Shown piece after piece: positions 1-9,680 of a stretch of 64,000 nt of DNA (the first letter of the stretch is position 1; each line of letters begins with the position of its first letter). Position numbers and translations under genes: made by a program. Source of the DNA: an uncultured SAR86 cluster bacterium (lineage in GTDB: Bacteria; Pseudomonadota; Gammaproteobacteria; Magnimaribacterales; D2472); assembly GCA_902511575.1 (NCBI GenBank), contig CABXFU010000004.1, positions 65,350 to 129,349 on the forward strand, given 5' to 3'. The notes below the pieces were generated by a model. The model was not told the DNA's origin. It worked only from the letters and a program-made list of their open reading frames with translations, and made no database searches.

Positions 1-2
1 TT

Positions 3-626
<624 letters not shown>

Positions 627-645
627 TACGGATTGAAAATCTATT

Positions 646-1107
646 ATGAAAAATAATCTCATTTCAGGTTTTGGAGCATTTTTATGTATTTCTGCGCTTG
701 CATATCTAAATTCTTATGATGCAAGTAATTTGTGGTTAATCCCTCCATTTGGCGCAAGTATGGTTTTGGTAATGGCTGTTCATGAAAGCCCTTTAGCTCA
801 CCCTAAAAATGTTTTTTTTGGCCACATAATCTCTGCTTTTTCAGGAGTTTTTATATATGCAATTCTGGGTTTTTCTTTTTTTAGTGTTGGGCTTGGAGTT
901 GGGTTGGCAATATTCTTAATGATGGCAACTAAGACCGTTCATCCCCCAGCTGGAGCTAATCCAATTATTGCAATTCTAGGAGCAAAAGGGTTCGGTTTCC
1001 TAATGATTCCTGTAGCAGCCGGAGCAGCTTTTATTGTTTTATTTGCAATTATTTATAACCAATTAATGAAAAGAAAATATTTCACTTTCAATGATTTAAG
1101 GCAATAA
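646..1107 (+). CDS. HPP family integral membrane protein
   Basis: 153 aa with about 4 TM helices. The eponymous HPPAGANP motif is present (KTVHPPAGANPIIA). Confidence 0.75.
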   Translation: MKNNLISGFGAFLCISALAYLNSYDASNLWLIPPFGASMVLVMAVHESPLAHPKNVFFGHIISAFSGVFIYAILGFSFFSVGLGVGLAIFLMMATKTVHPPAGANPIIAILGAKGFGFLMIPVAAGAAFIVLFAIIYNQLMKRKYFTFNDLRQ

Positions 1108-1127
1108 ATTACTTACTAATTATTCAT

Positions 1128-2006
1128 ATGAGCAATATTGGTAACACACATTTTCATGATTTTATATCTGGGTATTCCATTGAGGTAATTCCAAGATCTG
1201 CAGCAAAGATCGAATCTTTTGCTGAGGTTTTACCTAAAAATACTAGGGTGTACATAGCTCATATTCAAAATGAAGATATTGAAGCAATGATTGCCACAGC
1301 CAAAAGACTAAATGATGAAGGCTTTACAGTTATGCCTCATATTCCAGCTAGAATGATTAAAAACAAGGCCATGCTCTATGACTGGATTTCTATGTACCAG
1401 AACGAAGCTGGAGTTGATGAGGCCCTTTTGCTTGCAGGTGGCTCAACAAAACCTATAGGCAGTTTGGATTCTTCTATTCAATTGATTGAATCAGGTCTGT
1501 TTGATAAAGCTGGGTTTAAAAGACTTCATATAGCTGGACATCCTGAGGGGTGCAAAGATATAGACCCTGATGGAGGTATTAAAAATGTCTCAGAGGCTCT
1601 TTCCTGGAAACAGGAATTTTCAAAAAGAACAGATGCTTCGATGGCAATAGCAACTCAATTTTGTTTTGAGGCAGATGTCGTAAAGCAATGGGCAGACAAT
1701 ATAAAAAAAGATGGAATTGATATTCCCATCCATATTGGTATTGCTGGTCCAGCAAAACTTCAAACATTGCTAAAATTTTCAATTGAATGTGGGATAGGCG
1801 CTTCCATGAAAGTTCTCACTAAAAGAGCAAAAGATTTAACCAAGCTCCTATTGCCATACGAGCCAACAAAAATTCTTCAAGATCTATCTGATCATAAATC
1901 CAAGGACCCTAACTTAAACATTAAGAAAGTTCATTTTTTTCCAATCGGAGGGATAAAAAAAACAGTTGATTGGGTAGCAGAAATGCATGATCAAAACGCG
2001 CTATAA
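1128..2006 (+). CDS. Methylenetetrahydrofolate reductase (MetF-like) family protein
   Basis: Pattern matches to MetF: ATQFCFE (compare ITQFFFD), IHIGIAGP (compare IPGILP) and VHFFPIGG (compare FHFYTLN). It sits among THF-dependent demethylase genes. Confidence 0.65.
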   Translation: MSNIGNTHFHDFISGYSIEVIPRSAAKIESFAEVLPKNTRVYIAHIQNEDIEAMIATAKRLNDEGFTVMPHIPARMIKNKAMLYDWISMYQNEAGVDEALLLAGGSTKPIGSLDSSIQLIESGLFDKAGFKRLHIAGHPEGCKDIDPDGGIKNVSEALSWKQEFSKRTDASMAIATQFCFEADVVKQWADNIKKDGIDIPIHIGIAGPAKLQTLLKFSIECGIGASMKVLTKRAKDLTKLLLPYEPTKILQDLSDHKSKDPNLNIKKVHFFPIGGIKKTVDWVAEMHDQNAL

Positions 2007-2071
2007 AGTGGTGCAGATAAAAGCTTAATTTATCTATTTGAGATCAAAAAAAAGAATGATAGCATTCTCAT

Positions 2072-3196
2072 ATGTACAAGACTTCTAAAGTAGTTTTCAG
2101 CCCTCGAGTAAGAAAATCACCTTACTTTAATTCGACCATAAAATATGGAGCTCAGGCATATTCTGTATACAACCACATGTATATGCCAATAAGTTACGAA
2201 GGAACAATCCAAGACTATAAAAACTTGCTAAACAGTGTTCAGCTTTGGGATGTTGGGGTTGAGAGACAAATTCAAATCAAGGGCCCTGATGCCGAGGCTT
2301 TATCGCAGTTTTTAACTCCTAGAAATATTAAAAAATGTGCAATAGGGCAGGCAATGTATACACCGCTTCTGGATTTTGAAGGGTGCTTTTTAAATGATCC
2401 GGTTATGCTGAGGTTAGATAAAAATCACTACTGGTTTTCTGTCTCAGATGGGGACTCTTTACTATGGGCGCAGGGGATAGCAGCAGGGTATAAATTTGAT
2501 GTAGAGATTGATGAGCCTGATGTCTCACCACTTCAAGTTCAAGGACCAGATTCTTCTAAATTAATGTCAAAGGTTTTTGGAGACTGGGTAAACGATTTAG
2601 GTTTTTACAAATTCAAGCAAGTCACTCACGAAGGAATTCCCATGGTCATTGCGAGAATGGGCTATAGCAGGGAGCTATGTTATGAGCTTTTCTTGCAAGA
2701 TGGCTCCAAAGGAAATGAACTATGGGAGCTTCTTTGGGAAGCAGGGCAGGATTTTAATATAAGTGCAGGTGGGCCAAATATAATACTTAGATTAGAGGGA
2801 GGAATTTTGAGCTATTTAGCAGATATTGATAGATCTAATAACCCTTATGAAGTTGGTTTGGATTGGTTGGTTGATCTTGATCAAGAGGATGATTTTATCG
2901 GTAAAGAAGCTTTACGTTTAATCCGCCAAAACGGTCCCACAAAAAAATTGCTGGGAGCTGAGATTCATGGCGATCCCATAGAGGATTCTAACGCTGATCA
3001 CTGGCCTGTTTTTATTGATGGTAAAGAAGTTGGGTCTATGAATGCCATGGCTTATTCACCAAGATTAGACAAAAATATTTGCTATACAATTTTAGATATT
3101 GAACATGCCAAAAGCGGTCAGGAAATTGTTATTGCTTCACCTGAAAAAGATTTGATAGCAACAACTGTCGATCTGCCTTGGCATGAGAGGAAATAA
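2072..3196 (+). CDS. GcvT-family aminomethyltransferase, DmdA-like (candidate DMSP or other methyl-donor demethylase)
   Basis: 374 aa. The N-terminal pattern RVRKSPYF..AYSVYNHMYMP...VQLWDVGVERQIQIKGPDA parallels the remembered DmdA pattern (RRLRRTPF..YTVYNHMLLP..VQVWDV..ERQVEI.GPDA). Confidence 0.6.
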   Translation: MYKTSKVVFSPRVRKSPYFNSTIKYGAQAYSVYNHMYMPISYEGTIQDYKNLLNSVQLWDVGVERQIQIKGPDAEALSQFLTPRNIKKCAIGQAMYTPLLDFEGCFLNDPVMLRLDKNHYWFSVSDGDSLLWAQGIAAGYKFDVEIDEPDVSPLQVQGPDSSKLMSKVFGDWVNDLGFYKFKQVTHEGIPMVIARMGYSRELCYELFLQDGSKGNELWELLWEAGQDFNISAGGPNIILRLEGGILSYLADIDRSNNPYEVGLDWLVDLDQEDDFIGKEALRLIRQNGPTKKLLGAEIHGDPIEDSNADHWPVFIDGKEVGSMNAMAYSPRLDKNICYTILDIEHAKSGQEIVIASPEKDLIATTVDLPWHERK

Positions 3197-3198
3197 GC

Positions 3199-3226
3199 AG
3201 AGATCGGCTTCTAGAAACCGATCTCT
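3199..3226. terminator. Hairpin between convergent genes (possible bidirectional terminator)
   Basis: AGAGATCGG (3199-3207) pairs with CCGATCTCT (3218-3226), a 9-bp stem with a 10-nt loop. There is no strong U-tract. Confidence 0.45.
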
Positions 3227-3234
3227 TGACTCTT

Positions 3235-4539
3235 TTAGTCTGCGTAATCTAACCCTTTTTCTTTTTGGACTTCTCGCTTATTTGGATTCACAGATTCTCT
3301 AAATGGTACGTCAACTACTTCACCCTCAACAGCAACCCCAGAAGATTCAGAGTACTCATCAGGCAGCCTAACTTGTAATTTGGTACCAATCTCTGATGAT
3401 GTCCATGGCACCCAGCCCAAAGCTACGTTCGTTTCCAGCTCTGGTGACCACCATGGTGAAGTTACATAACCCATATCATTGCCATCTTGATCAGCAATTA
3501 ACCAAAAATCAGGCGCATAATCAGTGACTTCCTTTCCACCAAAAATCATACCAACCATTCGCATTTTGAATGGAAATTCTCCTGCATCAATTACAGCGCG
3601 TTGTCTTTCTAGCTCTTCTTTACCAATGTAATCAGCTTCTTTGTTTCTTGGAACCTGATAACTAAGATTAACTTGGAATGGAGAAGTCTCATGGTCTAGA
3701 TCTTGACCCCAGGATAAAATGCCAGCTTGAATTCGACGATGATGAGCAGGCGCAATAACCATAAGGCCAAACTCTTCTCCAGCCTCAAGAACTGCATTCC
3801 AAATAATTTCAGCATTCTCATGCGCATCACGGACATATATTTCATAGCCTTTTTCGCCGGTAAAACCAGTTTGACTAATAACAACATCAGCGCCTTCAAT
3901 TTTAGTCTCCATGAGACCGTAATAAGGAATTTCTCTGAGCTCTTCACCAGCTAGTTTAGCCATTAGATCTTCCGATAGTGGGCCTTGGATTTGCAAAGGA
4001 CACACATCAATCTCATCAATCATGACATCATATTTTTTGGAGATATTTACACCTTGAAGCCAAAGCAAGAGGTCACTATCAGAAATAGAAAACCAAAATT
4101 CATCTTCTGCTATTCGCAACAAGACAGGATCATTTAAAATACCCCCTTTATCGTTGCATAAGATTGCATATTTACCATTACCTGGCTCAATTTTGGTTGC
4201 ATCTCGAGTTATCACATAATCAGTAAAAGCCTCTGCATCAGGCCCTTTAACGCATATCTGCCTTTCAACAGCTACGTTCCACATAGTTACTCGATTGACC
4301 AAAGCTTCATATTCAACCATGGCGCCACCGTCCTCAGGTCTGACATACCCCCTTGGATGATAGATACGATTATAAACAGTTGCTCTCCAGCAACCCGCTT
4401 CATGAGATAAATGCCAAAAAGGCGACTTTCTTACTCTGGTTGAGATCAAAAGCTCGGTAGGCGTTCGGCCACTTTGCCTAAGATTATATGGTACCACTCG
4501 ATCGCTTTGATCGACGCTAGGATGGTTTGGATGTTTCAT
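3235..4539 (-). CDS. GcvT-family aminomethyltransferase, second DmdA-like paralogue (434 aa)
   Basis: RVRKSPFW...ATVYNRIYHP...VTMWNVAVERQICVKGPDAEAF has the same architecture as the 2072 gene. A GGGGGA SD lies upstream, and the gene is 37 nt downstream of the DMGDH-like gene. Confidence 0.6.
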   Translation of the reverse strand: MKHPNHPSVDQSDRVVPYNLRQSGRTPTELLISTRVRKSPFWHLSHEAGCWRATVYNRIYHPRGYVRPEDGGAMVEYEALVNRVTMWNVAVERQICVKGPDAEAFTDYVITRDATKIEPGNGKYAILCNDKGGILNDPVLLRIAEDEFWFSISDSDLLLWLQGVNISKKYDVMIDEIDVCPLQIQGPLSEDLMAKLAGEELREIPYYGLMETKIEGADVVISQTGFTGEKGYEIYVRDAHENAEIIWNAVLEAGEEFGLMVIAPAHHRRIQAGILSWGQDLDHETSPFQVNLSYQVPRNKEADYIGKEELERQRAVIDAGEFPFKMRMVGMIFGGKEVTDYAPDFWLIADQDGNDMGYVTSPWWSPELETNVALGWVPWTSSEIGTKLQVRLPDEYSESSGVAVEGEVVDVPFRESVNPNKREVQKEKGLDYAD

Positions 4540-4576
4540 TGCTTTTCCCCCTTTAAGTTATTACATTGAAATTATT

Positions 4577-7180
4577 TTAATATCGGACCCTCTCATTATT
4601 TGGATCGTATAAAGACCCTTTGCCGACTATTTGAACTGTCATTGGATACACTCCATCACCGTCTTCATTAAAGTACTCAAGTGAAAGTGATTTACCTTGT
4701 TTGGCTATATCTTTAGGTAGATAACCCATCACAACAAATTTTTTGATTGATGGGCAATAAGACATGCCTGTTGAGTAAGATCTTCGACCTTTGCTGTCTA
4801 CCGGCACCTCTCCAGTATCTGGATCTATGATGGGCGATGACCCAACCGGATAACGGTCCCCTACACCTGATGCATTGAGATTATCTAATGTCATGGTGCA
4901 TAGAATTGCGCTGGGGTCTTCTTCTCGATGTACAAGATGGGCTGCTTTACCATGAAAATCAGCTTCTTTGACTAGACGTCTTTCAATAGCAGATTCACAG
5001 GCATTATATTCAGTTTCTAGATCTGCGCCTTGAAGTCTAAAACTCTTTTCTAGCCTTCGACTATTAGCGTAAGTTTCAATACCAACTGGAACAACCCCAA
5101 CTTCTAACAGCGAGTCATAAAGAGCTAAACCCTCCTCAGAATCATTATTTAAATAAATTTCCCAGCCACTTTCACCAACGTAAGAAATACGCGATGCCCA
5201 AACATCAATTTTCTTCCCCCCAGATAAATTGAGGGTTAAATTTTTTGCAGCCACAAAGGGAAAATTTTCTATGGTTAATTCATTGGGATCAACAAAATTA
5301 CCAAGAGCATTTTTAGCCTGTGGACCCCAGAGGCCCAAAGTTACAATATCGTGGGTGCGAATATTAATATCAGCATTGAGCCCCATATCGTCTCGATAGT
5401 TGCGTAATGCCACCCAATCTCGATTGCCATCTGCGCCACCTGTCACCACTCTATACCGGTCTGCACCTAATCGGGATATTGTTAGATCAGCATGGACACC
5501 GCCATCCTCATCTAAGAAATTGGTATAAATCATACGTCCTTCAGGGGTATTGCCACCCACTTTAGCTATAGAAAGATATTCCAGCATTCGCTCTGCATCT
5601 GGTCCATGAATATCCATGATAGGGAAGTGTGAGAGATTTATCATGCCGACTGAATCACTCATGGCAAGGTGTTCAGCATTAGCTATTTCATAGGGAACGT
5701 GGCGACGATCCCATTCGTTTTCTCTTACAGGAATCTCTTCTAAATACTTATCTAGTTTTTGCTCATTGCTTTTATAAGCCAGAGCACGCTCCCAGCCCGC
5801 AACCTCATTTTCAAAAAACCCCCCAAGTTCTTTTTCTCTCTCGTAAAAAGGACTGACATAAAGCTCCCTATGACTAATATAGGGCTCTCTTGGATGAACG
5901 GCAGGGGTGTAGATAGTTTGAGCATTTTCAAATGATCGCGTCTTAACAAACTCTTTTTCTTTTTGAGCAGGATAAAATCTAGCAATGTCAAAAGCATGCA
6001 TATCTACTTGAGTTTTACCATGCATCATTGATTCAGCGCATAGTCTTGCGCACCCAGGACCGTCTTTCACCCAAACTGCTTCACACAACCAGAAGCCTCT
6101 AACCTCAGGACTTTCGCCAATTAAAGATCCAGCATCAGGAGTTACAGAAAGCAGGCCATTGAATGAGCTTTTTTCATCCCAGCCCAACTCATTAAGTATT
6201 GGTGTGGTTTCAAAGGCTTTCTCTAAAGGTTCAGCAACTTCTTCAAGGTCAAGGTATCTCATAGAATCAGATATCATAGTTTTTTCCGGGTTTCCAATAT
6301 CCTCTGGATCAACCAGTCTCGGCTCTTTATCTTCGTAATAGCCCCATTCAAGCATTCCACCATGAAGCCTGCCAGTGTCTCTTACATAGGCTGAATTGCC
6401 CTGGTCACGAAGCAATGGATAAACAAGCAATTCATCTGTACCTTGTATTTCTGGAAGAGGTCCAAAAAACAGCAAAGGATGTTCAACTGGCATGAGCGGC
6501 ACTGGTACACCGGCCATATCACCCATTAATGGTCCCCAGATTCCTGATGCAATTACAACCTTCTTAGTTTTGATGATTCCTTTGTCAGTTTTTACTCCTA
6601 CTACTCTTCCATTCTCAATTTCAAAACCTGTTGCTGGAGTGTCGGTATATGTTTTCAAGGCACCTTTTTCTTTAGCAGTCTCGACAGCAAAGTTAACAAC
6701 ATCTTGAGAGCGGGGGGTAACTAGACCAGCATCTGGATCCCACATGGCACCCCGAATTGATTCCTCGTCCAATAAAGGAAATTTTTCTTTGGCTTCAGAT
6801 GCAGAAATTAGCCTAATATTAGTTCCAAAGGCTTTGCCTGACTCAACTTTTCGCTTGAGTTCTTCCCAACGAGCATCATCACCTTTACGGCAAATTTCTA
6901 GACCGCCTTTTTTTAAAAAGAAGCCGTTGTCCTCATAAAACTTTCTACTGAAGTTAGTTGCCCAACAACCTAACTTGTCATGAGTTGTATTATAGACAAA
7001 GTCTGAAGCGTGAGCAGTTGATGCAATGTCTGAAGGAATAATGGTAGATTTTTCTAGACCTACGATATTTTTTTGTCCAAGGTCTGCGAGCCAATATGCA
7101 AGCATCGACCCGACAATACCTCCAACCCCTACGATAACTACTTCTGCTTCTGAGGGAAATTTAGAGGATTGATTAGACAT
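4577..7180 (-). CDS. FAD-dependent dimethylglycine/sarcosine dehydrogenase family protein (DAO domain fused to a GcvT-like THF-binding domain)
   Basis: 867 aa with the N-terminal dinucleotide fold VVIVGVGGIVGSMLAYWLADLG. The length and C-terminal aminomethyltransferase-like half fit DMGDH/SarDH. Confidence 0.75.
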   Translation of the reverse strand: MSNQSSKFPSEAEVVIVGVGGIVGSMLAYWLADLGQKNIVGLEKSTIIPSDIASTAHASDFVYNTTHDKLGCWATNFSRKFYEDNGFFLKKGGLEICRKGDDARWEELKRKVESGKAFGTNIRLISASEAKEKFPLLDEESIRGAMWDPDAGLVTPRSQDVVNFAVETAKEKGALKTYTDTPATGFEIENGRVVGVKTDKGIIKTKKVVIASGIWGPLMGDMAGVPVPLMPVEHPLLFFGPLPEIQGTDELLVYPLLRDQGNSAYVRDTGRLHGGMLEWGYYEDKEPRLVDPEDIGNPEKTMISDSMRYLDLEEVAEPLEKAFETTPILNELGWDEKSSFNGLLSVTPDAGSLIGESPEVRGFWLCEAVWVKDGPGCARLCAESMMHGKTQVDMHAFDIARFYPAQKEKEFVKTRSFENAQTIYTPAVHPREPYISHRELYVSPFYEREKELGGFFENEVAGWERALAYKSNEQKLDKYLEEIPVRENEWDRRHVPYEIANAEHLAMSDSVGMINLSHFPIMDIHGPDAERMLEYLSIAKVGGNTPEGRMIYTNFLDEDGGVHADLTISRLGADRYRVVTGGADGNRDWVALRNYRDDMGLNADINIRTHDIVTLGLWGPQAKNALGNFVDPNELTIENFPFVAAKNLTLNLSGGKKIDVWASRISYVGESGWEIYLNNDSEEGLALYDSLLEVGVVPVGIETYANSRRLEKSFRLQGADLETEYNACESAIERRLVKEADFHGKAAHLVHREEDPSAILCTMTLDNLNASGVGDRYPVGSSPIIDPDTGEVPVDSKGRRSYSTGMSYCPSIKKFVVMGYLPKDIAKQGKSLSLEYFNEDGDGVYPMTVQIVGKGSLYDPNNERVRY

Positions 7181-7377
7181 AAAAAGCCTTTATAAATTAA
7201 CAAAAAAAAATCTTTCTAACTTTTGATAATAAGCCTTGTATATATAACTGTCCAATCTTTATTTAATTATTTTTTTGTACGTTTTTTTGTATAAAAACTG
7301 AACATTATTTTAAAAAAATGCTATTAAAAAAAATTCTCTTTTATAGCAGGTTTTTTGATTGAATGAGTGGCTAAATT

Positions 7378-7776
7378 TTACTCGCCAAGGAGGATTTTTG
7401 CAGCTAATTGAGTATCCATATATTCTTTAAGCTCGACTATCTTTCCATTTTTGATTCTTAGCAAAAAATGGTACTGATTGTTGTAAGGCTCTCCTGAAGC
7501 ATGGATTGCTTCACCTTGTACTTCAACAGCCACTCTCTCATTTTCAGCAGTAATGCTCGTAATATTAAATATTATGCCATTTGGAAAAGCAGCAAGAATA
7601 CCCTGAGCAAAATCTATAATTTCCTTTTTAGTTCTTGTGCCGCCAATGGCATTATCACCAGCAGTCCAAATAATTGAATCATCATTGTAAAAATCTAAAT
7701 AGGTTTCAGCACCAGAGCTTAAGGCCCCAAAAAATTTAATTGCAATTTCTTTATTTTTTTCTGTCTCAGAGATCAT
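7378..7776 (-). CDS. SnoaL/NTF2-like fold protein
   Basis: 132 aa with the typical ...RIKNGKIVELKEYMD C-terminal strand pattern. It overlaps the stop of the BCCT gene by 4 nt. Confidence 0.55.
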   Translation of the reverse strand: MISETEKNKEIAIKFFGALSSGAETYLDFYNDDSIIWTAGDNAIGGTRTKKEIIDFAQGILAAFPNGIIFNITSITAENERVAVEVQGEAIHASGEPYNNQYHFLLRIKNGKIVELKEYMDTQLAAKILLGE

Positions 7777-9257
7777 TTATTTAGATCTTTTAAGAGACTT
7801 CTTGCTGCAAAGGAAACCAAAATTGCAAAAGGGACCCCGGTAACTATGACAGATGTTTGGAGGGCGCCTATGCCGCCTCCAGCTAAAAGTACAATAGATA
7901 TTACACCAAGTGATAATGCCCAAATAATTCGCAAAATCATTGGCGGCTCATCTTTAAAATTTTCTTTCTTGGCGGCAGTTAACATCGATGTTACCAAAGC
8001 TCCAGAGTCAGATGAGGTAACAAAAAAAGTTAAGATTATTACAATTGCTAGCCACATGATTAGTTGTGAAAAAGGAAATTGCTCTAAGAAGATAAACAAC
8101 GAGATAGCTATATCATTGTTAATGGCCGTACTAAGAGATGTTGGTTCAATAAATTCTTGGTAGATAGCCGCATTACCAAAGACACCCATCCAAATAAACA
8201 CAATAAAGGTAGGAACAAGCACAGCGCCTATAAGAAATTCCTGAATTGATCTGCCGTAAGATATTCTTGCAATGAACAATCCTACAAACGGAGACCATGC
8301 GAACCACCAAGAATAGTAATAAAGCGTCCATGCATTTTGCCATGAGGAATCTGAATAACCCTGCGTGTTGGTAGATAGACTTAATAATTTTTGAACATAA
8401 GAGCCTAAATTTTGAACTAGCCCATCCAAGATATAACTTGTTGGTCCAGTAAGAAAAATGAATGAAAGAAAAATAATACATAAAACGATATTTATTTGAG
8501 ACAAAATCTTAATACCAACCTTCAAACCCAAAACAACGCTTGCTAGACCCATAAGAGTTATTAGAATCACAATTCCAACAGTATTGACAAAACTGCCCTC
8601 AATAACGCCCATGTAACTAAGGCCAGAATTAATTTGATTGGCCCCAAGTCCCAGTGATGTGGCTATGCCAAATATTGTAGCAATAATTGCTATGACATCT
8701 AAAGATACTCTTCCCCATATATTTTTTGTTAGAGGGCCAGAGAAAAAAGAACTGACGCGAAAGGGTAGTTTTTTGTTGTATGCAAAATATGCAAAACATA
8801 ATCCAACAACCCCATAAATTGCCCAACCATGAAATCCCCAGTGCAAATAGGCAAGGTTCATTGAAAGATTTGCCTTGTCTGAAAAAGAGGCACCTTCTTT
8901 ATGGATTGCATCGGAGCTAAGATGCATGATGGGTTCAGCTACCCCATAAAATAACAATCCAACACCTAGGCCAGCACTAAAAAGCATGGCTATCCAATTT
9001 ACTCGAGAGAACTCTGGTTTAGCATCTGGCCCGCCTAGAATGAGTTTTTTATGATTACTGAAAGCCAAATAAATAACAAAAATCAAAAAACCATTAGTAA
9101 GCAAGATAATAAGCCAGCCTAAGCTATCAGAAATTTGAGTTTGAATTTCAGCAAATAATTGATCAGCTTCTTTGAGATTGGTAAGAGTTATTCCGATGAA
9201 TGCAGTTATAAGGAATATAGAGAAAAGGAAGCGCTTAGGAGCTATTTTTTTAAACAT
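7773..9257 (-). CDS. BCCT family (betaine/carnitine/choline-type) transporter
   Basis: 494 aa, polytopic, with a BCCT signature-like block WTLYYYSWWFAWSPFVGLFIARISYGRSIQEF. Confidence 0.85.
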   Translation of the reverse strand: MFKKIAPKRFLFSIFLITAFIGITLTNLKEADQLFAEIQTQISDSLGWLIILLTNGFLIFVIYLAFSNHKKLILGGPDAKPEFSRVNWIAMLFSAGLGVGLLFYGVAEPIMHLSSDAIHKEGASFSDKANLSMNLAYLHWGFHGWAIYGVVGLCFAYFAYNKKLPFRVSSFFSGPLTKNIWGRVSLDVIAIIATIFGIATSLGLGANQINSGLSYMGVIEGSFVNTVGIVILITLMGLASVVLGLKVGIKILSQINIVLCIIFLSFIFLTGPTSYILDGLVQNLGSYVQKLLSLSTNTQGYSDSSWQNAWTLYYYSWWFAWSPFVGLFIARISYGRSIQEFLIGAVLVPTFIVFIWMGVFGNAAIYQEFIEPTSLSTAINNDIAISLFIFLEQFPFSQLIMWLAIVIILTFFVTSSDSGALVTSMLTAAKKENFKDEPPMILRIIWALSLGVISIVLLAGGGIGALQTSVIVTGVPFAILVSFAARSLLKDLNK

Positions 9258-9680
9258 TTAATTGGGTAATTTTATTTTATGGTGAAATGTAATCTGCTAA
9301 GTTTAGGGCAATTTTAAAAAATGTGAAATTTTTGCTCTTAATTTAATTTTTGATGTTTACAAAATTCTTAATTAGAGGTTAAATGATTAAGTTCGTGATT
9401 TGATCCTATTGCAGCGAATTTAAAGAATTGCTAAAACGGAAGTTTTCCTAGGATTTAACATAAAACGGAGTCAGATTCTCTGCATTAGTGCATTTTTTCT
9501 AAAATAAAGCATGTTTTTTCTATATTTACTTAAATTTTATGGATTCATTTGTTATGGTCTAGGCATGTCTTTAAAAAACTTAAGTTTCGACTTAAGAAAA
9601 TATCATTATGGAAGTAGGTTCTATGACTGCTTTCAATCTGGAAATCAACTCTAAATAAAAATTTATCCCGGGGGGGAACC

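Noticed and set aside
2046-2068. A hairpin AGAATG-ATAG-CATTCT preceded by an A-run, just upstream of the DmdA-like gene start. A UUCG-looped hairpin CTTAAGT-TTCG-ACTTAAG lies at 9579-9596.
   Set aside because: Both are short AT-rich stems (6-7 bp) with no supporting context, and their chance occurrence is plausible at this base composition.
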